Below, one piece after another: positions 9,769 through 19,916 of a stretch of 64,000 nt of DNA (its first letter is position 1; every line of letters begins with the position of its first letter). The stretch is from contig OX442314.1 in the NCBI GenBank assembly GCA_949358305.1, forward strand, positions 10,788,001-10,852,000, written 5' to 3'. The notes beneath the pieces were generated by a model. It was not told where the DNA came from. It saw only the letters and a program-made list of their open reading frames with translations, and made no database searches. The position numbers and the translations under genes are program-made. Origin of the DNA: Strigamia acuminata. Lineage: Eukaryota.

Positions 9769-10730
9769 AAGGGACAAAATTAACATTCGTTATTTTTTCT
9801 GAGTGGAAATATTTTTGACTAAAAAATATTCCAAGTGTTTTGTTGTGTTTTTGCAATTACGAAATATTCCCACGAGTATTGTGTTTGTTTGTTTCAAGAT
9901 CTTGAACTAATCATTAAATACTCAAACGAGTATAGTTTAATTTAAAATTGGATTCAATTTAATTTGTTCTGTTTTCGAATTCAATTTGGATGTTTATTTG
10001 AATTAATCATATTAATATCTGTGTGATTGTTTAGTTTATTTTTCATAATTATTTGTGGAAATTGTGTTTGTTTTGCTTTGATTGAAGCGTTGAAGAATTT
10101 CAAGTTGAAATTCGTTAATTTTTTATGACAATCGTAATAAAAAATTAGTAGTTTAGATTTTCGATAAATAAAGTTTTGCATAAATTTATTTTTATTGATT
10201 ATCTTGTTGATTAATAAGCTATGAATAAGTTTATTTGACGGAGAAATAAAATTTCTATCGAAATTTGTATTTTCTCGAACATGTATCCATGTTCGGACGA
10301 GTTCATTTCCGTCGCTTAGCAACCGGGAGTTGCGCTGTACAGAGAAGCCGATTAGTCTAATCGGGTGACGAAGTTTCTGAAAGAAATAACGTGATTAAGT
10401 TAATAAAATACTTACCAAGTGGATTAATTCGATAGAATTAGGTGAACATTCTTATCCATTAAGAATGACAATCGAGAGTTAGTAAACTCTATGCTTGTCA
10501 CCGGGGGATGTGTGATGATTACAAATCAGTATTTATCAATGTTCACAATAGATGGCGCTGTTTAACAAACGCGCGCAATTCAAACTCGACGAAACTAAAA
10601 AACGTAATAAATTATTACTTGGACACGGTGAATAAAATATAACTATTTTATTCAATATAAATTAAGTATTATTTACTTGACAATGTTGATTCTATCGAAT
10701 CAATATCCACATTACTTACCTGTCGAAGGG

Positions 10731-10872
10731 AACCAATCGGACCCTTCCGGACCCCAACTGGGCCCATCTGGACATAGTCATATATTAGGTCCGGACTAGT
10801 GACCCACGAATCCGCCGATTCGTACGCTGATTGGCTGTCGCCAATCTAGTAGTTCTACAGAACTATATAAGC
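10731..10872 (+). promoter_or_regulatory. LTR U3 promoter (CCAAT boxes and TATA)
   Basis: CCAAT near 10733 and 10841, ATTGG near 10831, TATATAAG at 10864; same arrangement in the diverged LTR fragment at ~35788-35897. Confidence 0.55.
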
Positions 10873-11424
10873 TCCAGTTTCTCACTTCCCCCTGGCTGGA
10901 TAACTGAACTTGTATATTGTCTGTAGTTGAATTGTTATCGTTTGATTTCATTATTCTCTATCGACACATCAGGCCACCTCAGCTCTCCACAGTTAGTATT
11001 CATTACTATTTTGTTATTGCTGTTGTAGGGCTATTTCGGGAAGGCTAACTCCGGTAATAGACATGCATTCGCATGAAATGGCCCCGTAACGTTAGCCAGC
11101 TGTTCTACGGGACAGTAGGACTTCGTACGGTGGCTTAATATAACGGTCGTATACAGTACGACCTTGCTAAATGAAAGTAGGTCCCTCAGCTAACTGGCCA
11201 CAGTCCGCTGCAGGATGGTTGTTGTAAACAGCCCACGCAGGTTCCCGTCTTTCTACGATTGGTCCTTCCGCTCGTTAAAAGTCGGTAAAAGCCTAATATG
11301 CAGGTAACACGCCGGGTTGGTAGCCCGTGAGTAATATCCGTGAAGATGTTGCGTTAAATAACTACCTGGATAATGGTAATCCAACGGCAGTGGCCGATTA
11401 ATATTTACCCGGTGCTCGATCAGT

Positions 11425-11792
11425 GGATCCCGCCATCGTAAGGCATGCTGGCGGATGGAGGAGTCAAATCCTCCCGCGATGTTTCTCTCGACCGTCGTGA
11501 CGGTCCCCGCCCCATCGTACCCTCCGGGTTAGTAACCCGTGAACAGGAGTTGAACAACACTGTGTTAAATAAATTACTCGGGCATTGGTAATCCTGTATT
11601 GGCAATATCTTTTAAACCCGGTAAGTCCATAGAAATGTTTACCTGGTGGTTAGTACCACCGATAGCGAATTAAAGCGTACAATTAAATACTCGGCGCCTG
11701 ATCACGAGATCTTGTCGTCGTAAGGCATGCTGGCGGATGGAGTCTCAACAACTCCCGCGACGTTCTCTCAATTGTCGTGACGGTCCCCGCCC
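11425..11792 (+). other. Two copies of a ~90-nt four-way-junction RNA motif inside the LTR (11425-11513 and 11707-11792)
   Basis: Three hairpin arms plus a closing stem; differences between the copies mostly keep pairing via G-U or paired changes. Confidence 0.6.
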
Positions 11793-12314
11793 AATTATTA
11801 TTTATATAACAATTCATTTGTTATATTACTTTAATCACTTTACTTTTATTCATTTGGAACATGGAATATTCTGCCGAATATTCCGATTAATGCGAAGGAC
11901 TCTTCGCATGTTTAGATACTCGAGCTGCGGACCAAATGCGTCTCCGTAGCGCTATTTGTGACGATGCCGCAAGTCAGCCGTATCCCTTTGGCTTCGCCCG
12001 GATCCTCAACCAGTTGATGCCGCCCGTTTACACGCGTCAAGAACCCATCTTTGTTAAACCATCAATATTTAGTAATAAATATGTTATGTCATACTAAAAC
12101 TGTAAGTTATTTCTACTCTGTCACGTATTCATATTAGTCAAGGCTTCCGTAGCTTATCTCGGTTAGGTTGTTGCTAAACTTAGCAACGTCTTGTATAAAC
12201 CGAATTATCTATCTCACGGACTAATAAATTAGCCCAAAAGTAGAATCGTCACAAATTTCAAGAATTAATGCTAAAAAGTTGAAGCACAACTTTAAACTAC
12301 ACAAATACACATTT

Positions 12315-14357
12315 TTAATCCAGATAAGTTTCTATTAAATCTGTTTTTTCTTCTTGACTATAACCGCTCCTAACCAGCGGAAGACCGCGTTGTATCAAGT
12401 AATAAAAAGATATGCACCTCATGCAATAACTGATGTCTTGTGAATTGACAACAGAATATTCCACAAATCTTGCCATTAAAAACTCATGATATGCCAAGTT
12501 GGAATCTGCGCACAAACTGTAAGCGAGGCAAAAGCAAAATTCCTTGAACACAACCATTTCATTTTCCAGTAAAGAATTTCTTTGAGTGACACAAATAAGT
12601 TCCAAAAAATCGCTATCCAGCTTTCCAGCTTCACACGTATCGATAATTTCAGATATTTTGTAAAAACTAATCAGCACCGGATCTTGAAGGTCTCCAGCTC
12701 CCTGCACCTGTTTTTTAATAAAGTCAAATACAATTTTGTTGGTCTCAAAATTCTCAAACCCCCGCCCAAAAAAACTCGCCAGTCGACACAAACTTTCTTC
12801 TAATTCGGATGCAACCGCCTCACTCATTTCTTCGGATGCAATTTCGGGAAGCCAGTTTCGAAATGCAGCGACATTTTTGCATTCCACTGTTTCGCTGGTG
12901 AAGTGATGAATGAGAACCGATTTCTTAATCCTGCTTATATCACTCGAATTCGAGAAAGAAAAATTCAAAAATCTATCAAGTTTCGTCCACTTGTTCGCTC
13001 TTATTTCGTTGTGAAGCAACGTGCGACAGATCTCGTTCGCTAAGTAGGAACAATGCTCTTTAAAAGTTGTCATTTCACTCTCAGTCGTGATGTATTTATT
13101 TGCAATCGACTCCAAAAAATCCCAATGGAAATCATACGTTTTTTTAAAAAGTAAGTGAGCAACACATCTGTCCAAAATAATTCTTCTCTTTTTGATGTCC
13201 GTATCGTTAAGCAATAATAAATGGAAATTATCATAATCTTGCATCTCGCAAAGCATGTAGTGCACGAACGAATATTCAATCTCGTAACAACAATTCCTCA
13301 TTTCCTCGGGAGCATTTCTCCAAAAACGAATCAAACAGTCCTTGACTTTGTCTCCTTTGGACCAAGAACGAACAGACTTGCTCATCACCTCATAGAAATC
13401 GTCAGCCGACGCCATCAGGTTTAGAACCCGGCTCGACTTGGGCGTGAACGAATGCGTGTGCAGAAAATGTATCAGTACGGGTGCGACAGGTTTCAATCCG
13501 AATTCCGAAGACAAAATGGTCCTCATTTGATGCTCGTCCATCTCACCAAGTAGAAAGTTCATGATGCCAGTCTCGAATGTGCAGTAACAATCTTTATCGT
13601 GCGTGTCATCGTCGAAGTGTGAAAGCAAGTCTTCCAATTTACTTTTTGGCCGGATTAGCAGCTTGATGATCGCATTTCTTTCGTACAGTGTCATGAGTGA
13701 CCAGAAATACTCAACGCCACATTGGTTTGCGTGGTCTAAGGACAGGAAAAACATTTTGACTTTCTTGTTGAAAGGAATCTTTGAAGAGTCGGTTTTAATC
13801 GTCATCCTTTTCCAATATTTGTACATAATAGTTTTTAAGTCTGAGTCCTTTTGTTTGTCGAACATCTTTCTCAAAATGTTGCCACATTCGTTCGAAATGT
13901 CTTCCACGACGTCTGCGACGCAACAGACGACGGCGAGGCAGAATCTGGATTCGAACGTCAATTCTTCTAACTCTGAGAGAACTCTTACTGTTTTGGTCAT
14001 GTCTAGTTGTCCATATATTGACCATTTCGTGCATTGGATAATGGTTTTCGCTATTTGTCCATCGGGAAAGCTTTGGCCAATAAAAACGTGGGAAAATAAG
14101 AAATTAAGCACATCCCACAACTGGCGTCCGACGTGCTTCGCCAAAGACTTGAACAATAATTTTAACTCGTTCGGAATATGAAATTCATCCACTAGTTTGG
14201 AAACTGCTTCCTCACCTTCTGACCATCGCCTTCGACGACTGATTGGAGTAGTTTTCTTGCTATTAATCTGAATATTGAAATTATATTTCCATAGTAAAAC
14301 CGAAGTTTTTACTAATGTGATGTGTTTTAGACTCGGCAAGTCCAAAATGGACTTCAT
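12315..14357 (-). CDS. Tandem family gene 1 (type A, 680 aa from MKSILDLPSL); unknown function, BC/SOCS-box-like N-terminus
   Basis: Uninterrupted ORF highly similar to six other copies; start chosen by alignment with paralogs. Confidence 0.88.
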   Translation of the reverse strand: MKSILDLPSLKHITLVKTSVLLWKYNFNIQINSKKTTPISRRRRWSEGEEAVSKLVDEFHIPNELKLLFKSLAKHVGRQLWDVLNFLFSHVFIGQSFPDGQIAKTIIQCTKWSIYGQLDMTKTVRVLSELEELTFESRFCLAVVCCVADVVEDISNECGNILRKMFDKQKDSDLKTIMYKYWKRMTIKTDSSKIPFNKKVKMFFLSLDHANQCGVEYFWSLMTLYERNAIIKLLIRPKSKLEDLLSHFDDDTHDKDCYCTFETGIMNFLLGEMDEHQMRTILSSEFGLKPVAPVLIHFLHTHSFTPKSSRVLNLMASADDFYEVMSKSVRSWSKGDKVKDCLIRFWRNAPEEMRNCCYEIEYSFVHYMLCEMQDYDNFHLLLLNDTDIKKRRIILDRCVAHLLFKKTYDFHWDFLESIANKYITTESEMTTFKEHCSYLANEICRTLLHNEIRANKWTKLDRFLNFSFSNSSDISRIKKSVLIHHFTSETVECKNVAAFRNWLPEIASEEMSEAVASELEESLCRLASFFGRGFENFETNKIVFDFIKKQVQGAGDLQDPVLISFYKISEIIDTCEAGKLDSDFLELICVTQRNSLLENEMVVFKEFCFCLAYSLCADSNLAYHEFLMARFVEYSVVNSQDISYCMRCISFYYLIQRGLPLVRSGYSQEEKTDLIETYLD

Positions 14358-14506
14358 GATTTGAAATTGAAAAAAAAAGTGTTGTTGAATTGGAAAAATA
14401 AAAATGTTCATTATTACTTTACAATAATAGTCTTGCCTGCTTTATTTAACATAACTCATTATCGCACATATTCTTGCCACTCTATTTAGGCGTGAGTAGT
14501 GCATCT

Positions 14507-14665
14507 TGTGACGGTTGTAAAACCGTGAAGTTCGAAAGTTCCCGACAGATGACGCTGTTCAAATGAACGTGCGTAGTTTAAATACATAACCAAAGTTGTA
14601 GTGATTATTATGACTAAACGGATAAATATAAGTTATTTATTAACCTGAATAAAGTATTATTTAGT
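14507..14665 (+). repeat. 5' fragment of a diverged Gypsy-type LTR
   Basis: TGTGACGG...AGATGACGCTGTT...TAAATATAAGTTATTT resembles the LTR start at 10511; also present at 21961 and 30068. Confidence 0.6.
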
Positions 14666-14669
14666 ATAT

Positions 14670-15047
14670 TATTGATTAGTTTTGGTCATGTCTAACTGTC
14701 CGAGTATTGTCCATTGTATGCATTGGATGAGTTGACGAATGTTACGTCGTGGAATTTGATGTCGTTAAAAACTTGGGGAACTAAGAATTTCAGCAAATCC
14801 CACAATTGCTTTCCGACATGCCAAATTAACAATTCCAACATTGGTTTCAAAACGTTTGGAATGACTAAAGCTTTCACTGGTTCGCATATTGTTTCTTGGG
14901 TGTGTAACCATCGCTTCTTACAGTACGACTGTTTGTAGTCACTTCCTTGCAGTTAATATGATTAATGAAATAGTATTTCCACAGCAAAACTGAAGTTCTT
15001 GCTAGTGAAATGTGTTGTAGTCTCGGCAAGTCAAAAATGGTTCTCAT
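14670..15047 (-). pseudogene. Truncated, frameshifted divergent paralog (MRTIFDLPRLQ type)
   Basis: Homologous to the family N-terminus up to GQLDMTKT, where it abuts the LTR fragment. Confidence 0.75.
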
Positions 15048-15088
15048 GCTTTGGAATTTCCAACCAAGCAGTTATACAATGTGTTATA

Positions 15089-15851
15089 CAGGGTGTTCTA
15101 AAAGTCTGGTCCCCTCCAAATATTTCTTGAGCAATTGCATCTAGGCCAACTTTGATGAAGCGATCGTATAGGAAGTTGGGTGAATGCAACCCAATGATGT
15201 CATCAAATTTGACCTTAAAGGCCATTTTCAAGGTCATTCACTTGCTAACTTTTAAACCGTTCAAGATACAGCAAAATTTCCAATTACAAAGTTGTAGAGC
15301 ACCATCAAATTAGTACCATCCAACTTATCTTAGTCATCTTATGTTTAATGTTTACTTTTTAAAAAGGAAACAAATCAGAAAAAAAATCAGCAAAATGGAA
15401 TTTTTTATTCTTGTGAAAAAAAAATTATTTAGGCATTAAAAAACGGAGTGATTTTTCTAGTCTACTTGCATGATAATGCACATTTGAATACATTTATTTA
15501 AGAAATTCAGTACTTTTGCAGTAGAAATTTAATTTTTGCCACATTGGCAGGCTTTATTTCAGCTAATTTGTTTTCATTTTAAAATGAAAACATTTAACTT
15601 AAAATGACTAAGATGAGTTGAATAGTACTAATTTGATGGTGCTCTACAACTTTTTAGTTGACTTTTTTGCTCTAACCTGATTGGTTTAAGAGTTAGCAAA
15701 TGAATGACCTTGAAAATGGCCTTAAAGGTCAAATTTGATGACATCATTGGATTGCTCTCGCCCAACTTCCTATACGATCGCTTCATCAAAGTTGGCCTAG
15801 ATGCAATTGCTCAGGAAATATTTGAGGAGATCAGACTTTTGACTCACCCTG
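15089..15851. mobile_element. Tc1/mariner-type MITE (CAGGGTG termini, long TIRs, TA TSD)
   Basis: TA|CAGGGTG...CACCCTG|TA; ~250-bp imperfect inverted repeats; absent at the paralogous site near 22540. Confidence 0.88.
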
Positions 15852-15957
15852 TATATGCCGTTCGACAACTTTGTCGAGCTATCGACTTCATAAACCCTGA
15901 GAGATTAAAAATTAAAAATTTAAATTTAATTAAAAATAACTTGTATTACTTTCTTAC

Positions 15958-16114
15958 TTGTGATTTACCCGCATGCCCTATTGTATATACTCGCCATTTT
16001 GCCACGTTTTACGAAAGCTGTGAGATTTTCTATTGCGCGCATTACGGCGCAAAAGCCAATAAGATAGAGTTGCAATTGCTCAAGCCGCCATCTTTTATAG
16101 AAGGAGAAAGTTAA
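15958..16114 (+). pseudogene. 3' remnant of the MPEG1/perforin-2-like exon
   Basis: LPACPIVYTRHFATFYESCEIFYC...LKPPSF, matching the end of the exon at 26299-26804; similar remnants at ~22669-22783 and ~31959-32087. Confidence 0.55.
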
Positions 16115-16525
16115 AGTTGTCCGTAAAGTTTTGCCGAAAAAGTAGCAAGTGTTTGTTGTAAATCTATGTATTTGATGTAATTTGGTGTACAAAACTGAAT
16201 AAATTAAAAATGTGATCGGGTAAAATGTGGTTTATTTTGTTTGCTTAGTCGATTGTCTTTCATTTTACACTTGGGAGAGATCGGTGCCACCAATCGTCGC
16301 TATCCTCACAATCGGCCAAAAATTCATTATCACGTTTTAAGCATTTAAATTTACTACTTTGGTGCATGGAGAAATTGTGTTTACAACGGTTTGCTTCCCT
16401 GTATGGTACATTACACCTAAAATACCCTGTTATTTTATTCCCCTGTATTTTATTTCCAATTTTTTGTTAATTTGCTGGAATTAAGTTATTGGACACACAT
16501 CACTTTTATTAAATTTTACGTTACA

Positions 16526-18718
16526 TTATGGACACAAATCCAGATAAGTTTCCATAAAATCTGTTATTTCTTCTTGACTATAACCGCACGACATCAGCAG
16601 CGTATTGAGTAGATTTTGGTCACAACTGTCTTCCATCAAGTAATAAAAAGGTAAACACCTCATGCAATAACTAACGTCTTGTGAATTGACAAAAGAATAA
16701 TTCACAAATCTTTCCATTACCATCTTATGGTCGCACACGTCAGAGTCTGCGCCCACATTGTAAGCGAGACAACAGCAAAATTCCTTGAACACAACCCTTT
16801 CATTGTCCGGTAAAGTATTTCTTCGAGTGACACAAATAAGTTCCAAAAAATCGCTATCCAGCTTTCCAGCTTCACACGCATCGATAATTTCAGATATTTT
16901 ATAAAAACTAATCAGCAAAGGTTTTTGAAGGTCTCCAACGTTGTTCCACAGTAATGCACTGGAGCACCATAAACCCGATAACCACCCAAAATAACGCGCC
17001 AGTGTAGATAAACTTTCTTTTAAATCGGACGCAACCGCATCACTCATTCCTTCGGATGTAATTTCGGGAAGCCAGAATCGAAATATATCGATCAAATTCG
17101 AATCCGGTGTTCTGGTTGTGAAGTGGTGAATGAGAACCGATTTCTTAAGCCTGCTCATTTCACTCGCATTCGAGAAACAAAAACTCAAAAATCTATTAAC
17201 TTTCGTCCACTTGTTCGCTCTAATTTCGTTGTAAAGCACCGATTTCTTAAGCCTGCGCATTTCACGCGCTTTCGAGGAATAAAAACTCAAAAATATTTCT
17301 GAGCTTTTCTTTCTCAAAACTTGATCGTCTAATCGATCTCGTTTCGTCCACTCGTACGCCCTAATTTCATTGTGAAGCAACCTGCGACAGATCTCGTTCG
17401 CCAGGTAGGAACAATGCAGTTTAAAAGTTGTCATTTCACTCGCAGTCGTGATGTATTTATTTGCAATCGACTCCAGAAAATCCCAATGGAAATCATACGT
17501 TTCCGTAAAAAGTAAGTGAGCAACACACCTGCTCAAAATCATTCTTTTTTTTTTAATGTCCGTATCGTTAAGCAATAATAAATGGAAATTATCGAAATCT
17601 TGCAGCTCGCAAAGCATATAGTGAACGAACGAATATTTAAGCTCGTAACGACAATTCCTCATTTCCTCGGGAGCATTTCTCCAAAAACGAATCAAACACT
17701 TCTTGACTCTGTCTCGTTTGGACCAAGAACAAACAGACTTGCTCACCACGCCATAGAAGTCGTCAGCCGACGCCATCAGGTTTAGAACCCGGCTCGACTT
17801 GGGCGTGAACGAGTCCGTGTGCATAAAATGTATCAGTACGGGCGCGACAGGTCTCAATCCGAATTCCGAAAACAAAATGGCTCTCATTTGATGCTCGTCC
17901 ATCTCACCAAGTACAAAGTTCATTATGCCCGTCTCGAACGTGCAGTAACAATCTTCGTCGTGTGGGTCATCGTAGAAGTGTGAAATCAAGTCTTCCAATT
18001 TACTTTTTTGCCGGATTAGCAGCTTGATGATCGCATTTCTTTCGTACGGTGTCATGAGTGACCAGAAATACTCAACGCCACATGGGTTTGCTAGATCTAT
18101 GGAGAGGGAAAACATTTTGACTTTCATGTTGAAAGGAATCTTCGAAGAGTCAGTTTTAATCGTCATCCTTTTCCAATATTTGTACATAATAGTTTTTAAG
18201 TTTGAGTCCTTTTGTTTGTCGAACAACCTTTTCAAAATGTTGCCACATTCGTTCGAAATATCTTCCACGACGTCTGCGATGCAACAGACGACGGCGAGGC
18301 AGAATCTGGATTCGAACGTCCATTCTTGTAACTCTGAAAGAACTCTTGCCGTTTTGGTCATGTCTAGTTGTCCGTATATTGACCATTTCGAGCATTGGAT
18401 GATTGTTTTCGCTAATTGCAAATCGAGACAGCTTTGGCCAATAAAAATGTGTGAGCATAAGAATTTAAGCAAATCCTTCAACTGGCATCCGACGTGCTTC
18501 ACCAAAGACCTCAACATCAATTTTAACTCGTTCGGAATATCAAACTCATCCACTAGTTCAAAAATTGCCCACTCAGCTTGTGACCATCGCTTTCGACGAC
18601 TCTCTGCAGTGTTTTTCTTGCTGTTAATTTGAATATTGTAATTATATTTCCATAGTAAAATCGAAGTTTCTACTATCGTGATGTGTTTTAGACTCGGCAA
18701 GTCCAAAATGGACTTCAT
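16526..18718 (-). CDS. Tandem family gene 2 (type B, 730 aa)
   Basis: Intact ORF with an internally duplicated NEIRAxxWTK...RLKKSVL module. Confidence 0.9.
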   Translation of the reverse strand: MKSILDLPSLKHITIVETSILLWKYNYNIQINSKKNTAESRRKRWSQAEWAIFELVDEFDIPNELKLMLRSLVKHVGCQLKDLLKFLCSHIFIGQSCLDLQLAKTIIQCSKWSIYGQLDMTKTARVLSELQEWTFESRFCLAVVCCIADVVEDISNECGNILKRLFDKQKDSNLKTIMYKYWKRMTIKTDSSKIPFNMKVKMFSLSIDLANPCGVEYFWSLMTPYERNAIIKLLIRQKSKLEDLISHFYDDPHDEDCYCTFETGIMNFVLGEMDEHQMRAILFSEFGLRPVAPVLIHFMHTDSFTPKSSRVLNLMASADDFYGVVSKSVCSWSKRDRVKKCLIRFWRNAPEEMRNCRYELKYSFVHYMLCELQDFDNFHLLLLNDTDIKKKRMILSRCVAHLLFTETYDFHWDFLESIANKYITTASEMTTFKLHCSYLANEICRRLLHNEIRAYEWTKRDRLDDQVLRKKSSEIFLSFYSSKAREMRRLKKSVLYNEIRANKWTKVNRFLSFCFSNASEMSRLKKSVLIHHFTTRTPDSNLIDIFRFWLPEITSEGMSDAVASDLKESLSTLARYFGWLSGLWCSSALLWNNVGDLQKPLLISFYKISEIIDACEAGKLDSDFLELICVTRRNTLPDNERVVFKEFCCCLAYNVGADSDVCDHKMVMERFVNYSFVNSQDVSYCMRCLPFYYLMEDSCDQNLLNTLLMSCGYSQEEITDFMETYLDLCP

Positions 18719-18791
18719 GGCTTGAAATTTAAAAAAGAATGTGTTGTTGAATTGTAAAAATAAAAATATTCATTATTGCTTTACAATAATA

Positions 18792-19745
18792 ACCTTGTCT
18801 GCTTTAAACGTCACAATTGTAAATTTCACATAACTCACTATTGCGCATATTCTTGCCACTCTAGCTAGGCGTGAGTAATGCATCTGAACTCTGCTTTTCC
18901 GTATATTTGTAATTGATAACAATTGTGGATAATAATTGAGCCTATTGTCGTTATTTTTTGTATCAACTGGTTAAAATCACGAATGACAACAGATGTAAAG
19001 AAATTAAAGTCGGTTTTTAATGCTCCTGGTGCTAACGCAAGTAAAACTATATTTGTAATTTGCATTACACGCTTCTGCACTGGTGCTAACTCAAAAAATG
19101 AACTCAGGGATCCGCCACCTGGTGATGTCGAAGCAAACTGAAGCTACCGGTAGTTGATTGCATTTTATTGACATAAAACATTTTATTATTCGTCTTACCA
19201 AATCGATTACGGAATTCATTTTTTTAAAATTAAATTTGTGTATGGAATATAAATAAAATAAAATAAATACCTTGTCTGCTTTAAACGTCACAATTGTAAA
19301 TTTCACATAACTCACTATTGCGCATATTCTTGCCACTCTAGCTAGGCGTGAGTAATGCATCTGAACTCTGCTTTTCCGTATATTTGTAATTGATAACAAT
19401 TGTGGATAATAATTGAGCCTATTGTCGTTATTTTTTGTATCAACTGGTTAAAATCACGAATGACAACAGATGTAAAGAAATTAAAGTCGGTTTTTAATGC
19501 TCCTGGTGCTAACGCAAGTAAAACTATATTTGTAATTTGCATTACACGCTTCTGCACTGGTGCTAACTCAAAAAATGAACTCAGGGATCCGCCACCTGGT
19601 GATGTCGAAGCAAACTGAAGCTACCGGTAGTTGATTGCATTTTATTGACATAAAACATTTTATTATTCGTCTTACCAAATCGATTACGGAATTCATTTTT
19701 TTAAAATTAAATTTGTGTATGGAATATAAATAAAATAAAATAAAT
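18792..19745. repeat. 477-bp tandem duplication (2 copies)
   Basis: Identical short ORFs offset by 477 bp (18865/19342, 18923/19400). Confidence 0.92.
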
Positions 19746-19916
19746 AAAATATATTAACCGATTCCTTTTTTATATTTCCACCGATATCGTTAAATATCGT
19801 TTTTTCGTTAAATTTTCCGTTACATTGGCCACAATAATAATCCAGTGTGGTAGCGAATTTCAAGAATTAATGCTAAAAAGTTGAAGCACAACTTCAAACT
19901 ACACAAATACACATTT

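Larger units (their letters stand above)
1..12253 (+). mobile_element. Ty3/Gypsy LTR retrotransposon, copy 1 (5' LTR lies upstream of the window)
   Basis: gag, then PR-RT-RH-IN order, then ORF3 and a 3' LTR at 10511-12253 followed by AATT; matches 50603-62855. Confidence 0.97.
10511..12253 (+). repeat. 3' LTR of Gypsy copy 1 (1743 bp)
   Basis: TGTGATGATT...AATCGTCACA termini; direct repeat of 48505-50247 and 61113-62855; preceded by PPT-like CCGGGGGATG. Confidence 0.97.

Noticed and set aside
9004..9786. 260-aa antisense ORF over ORF3
   Set aside because: Shadow of GC-rich coding sequence; non-ATG start; no motifs
10712..10760. U1 snRNA gene (ACTTACCTG)
   Set aside because: Similarity limited to ~9 nt; no U1 stem-loops or Sm site seen
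11498..11515. Twister or hammerhead ribozyme (CGGTCCCCGCCC resembles twister GGUCCCAAGCCC)
   Set aside because: Could not build the twister P1/P2 stems and pseudoknots or find a CUGANGA/GAAA core by eye; an Rfam scan would settle it
13603..14181. ~200-aa plus-strand ORF recurring opposite each family gene
   Set aside because: Antisense shadow conserved only through paralog identity; variable starts
14358..14411. 18-aa N-terminal extension of gene 1
   Set aside because: All paralogs start at MKSILDL; the extension crosses a variable-length T-tract
15031..15850. MTLKMA(F/L)KVKFDDIIGL ORFs
   Set aside because: They lie in MITE inverted repeats and have no transposase motifs
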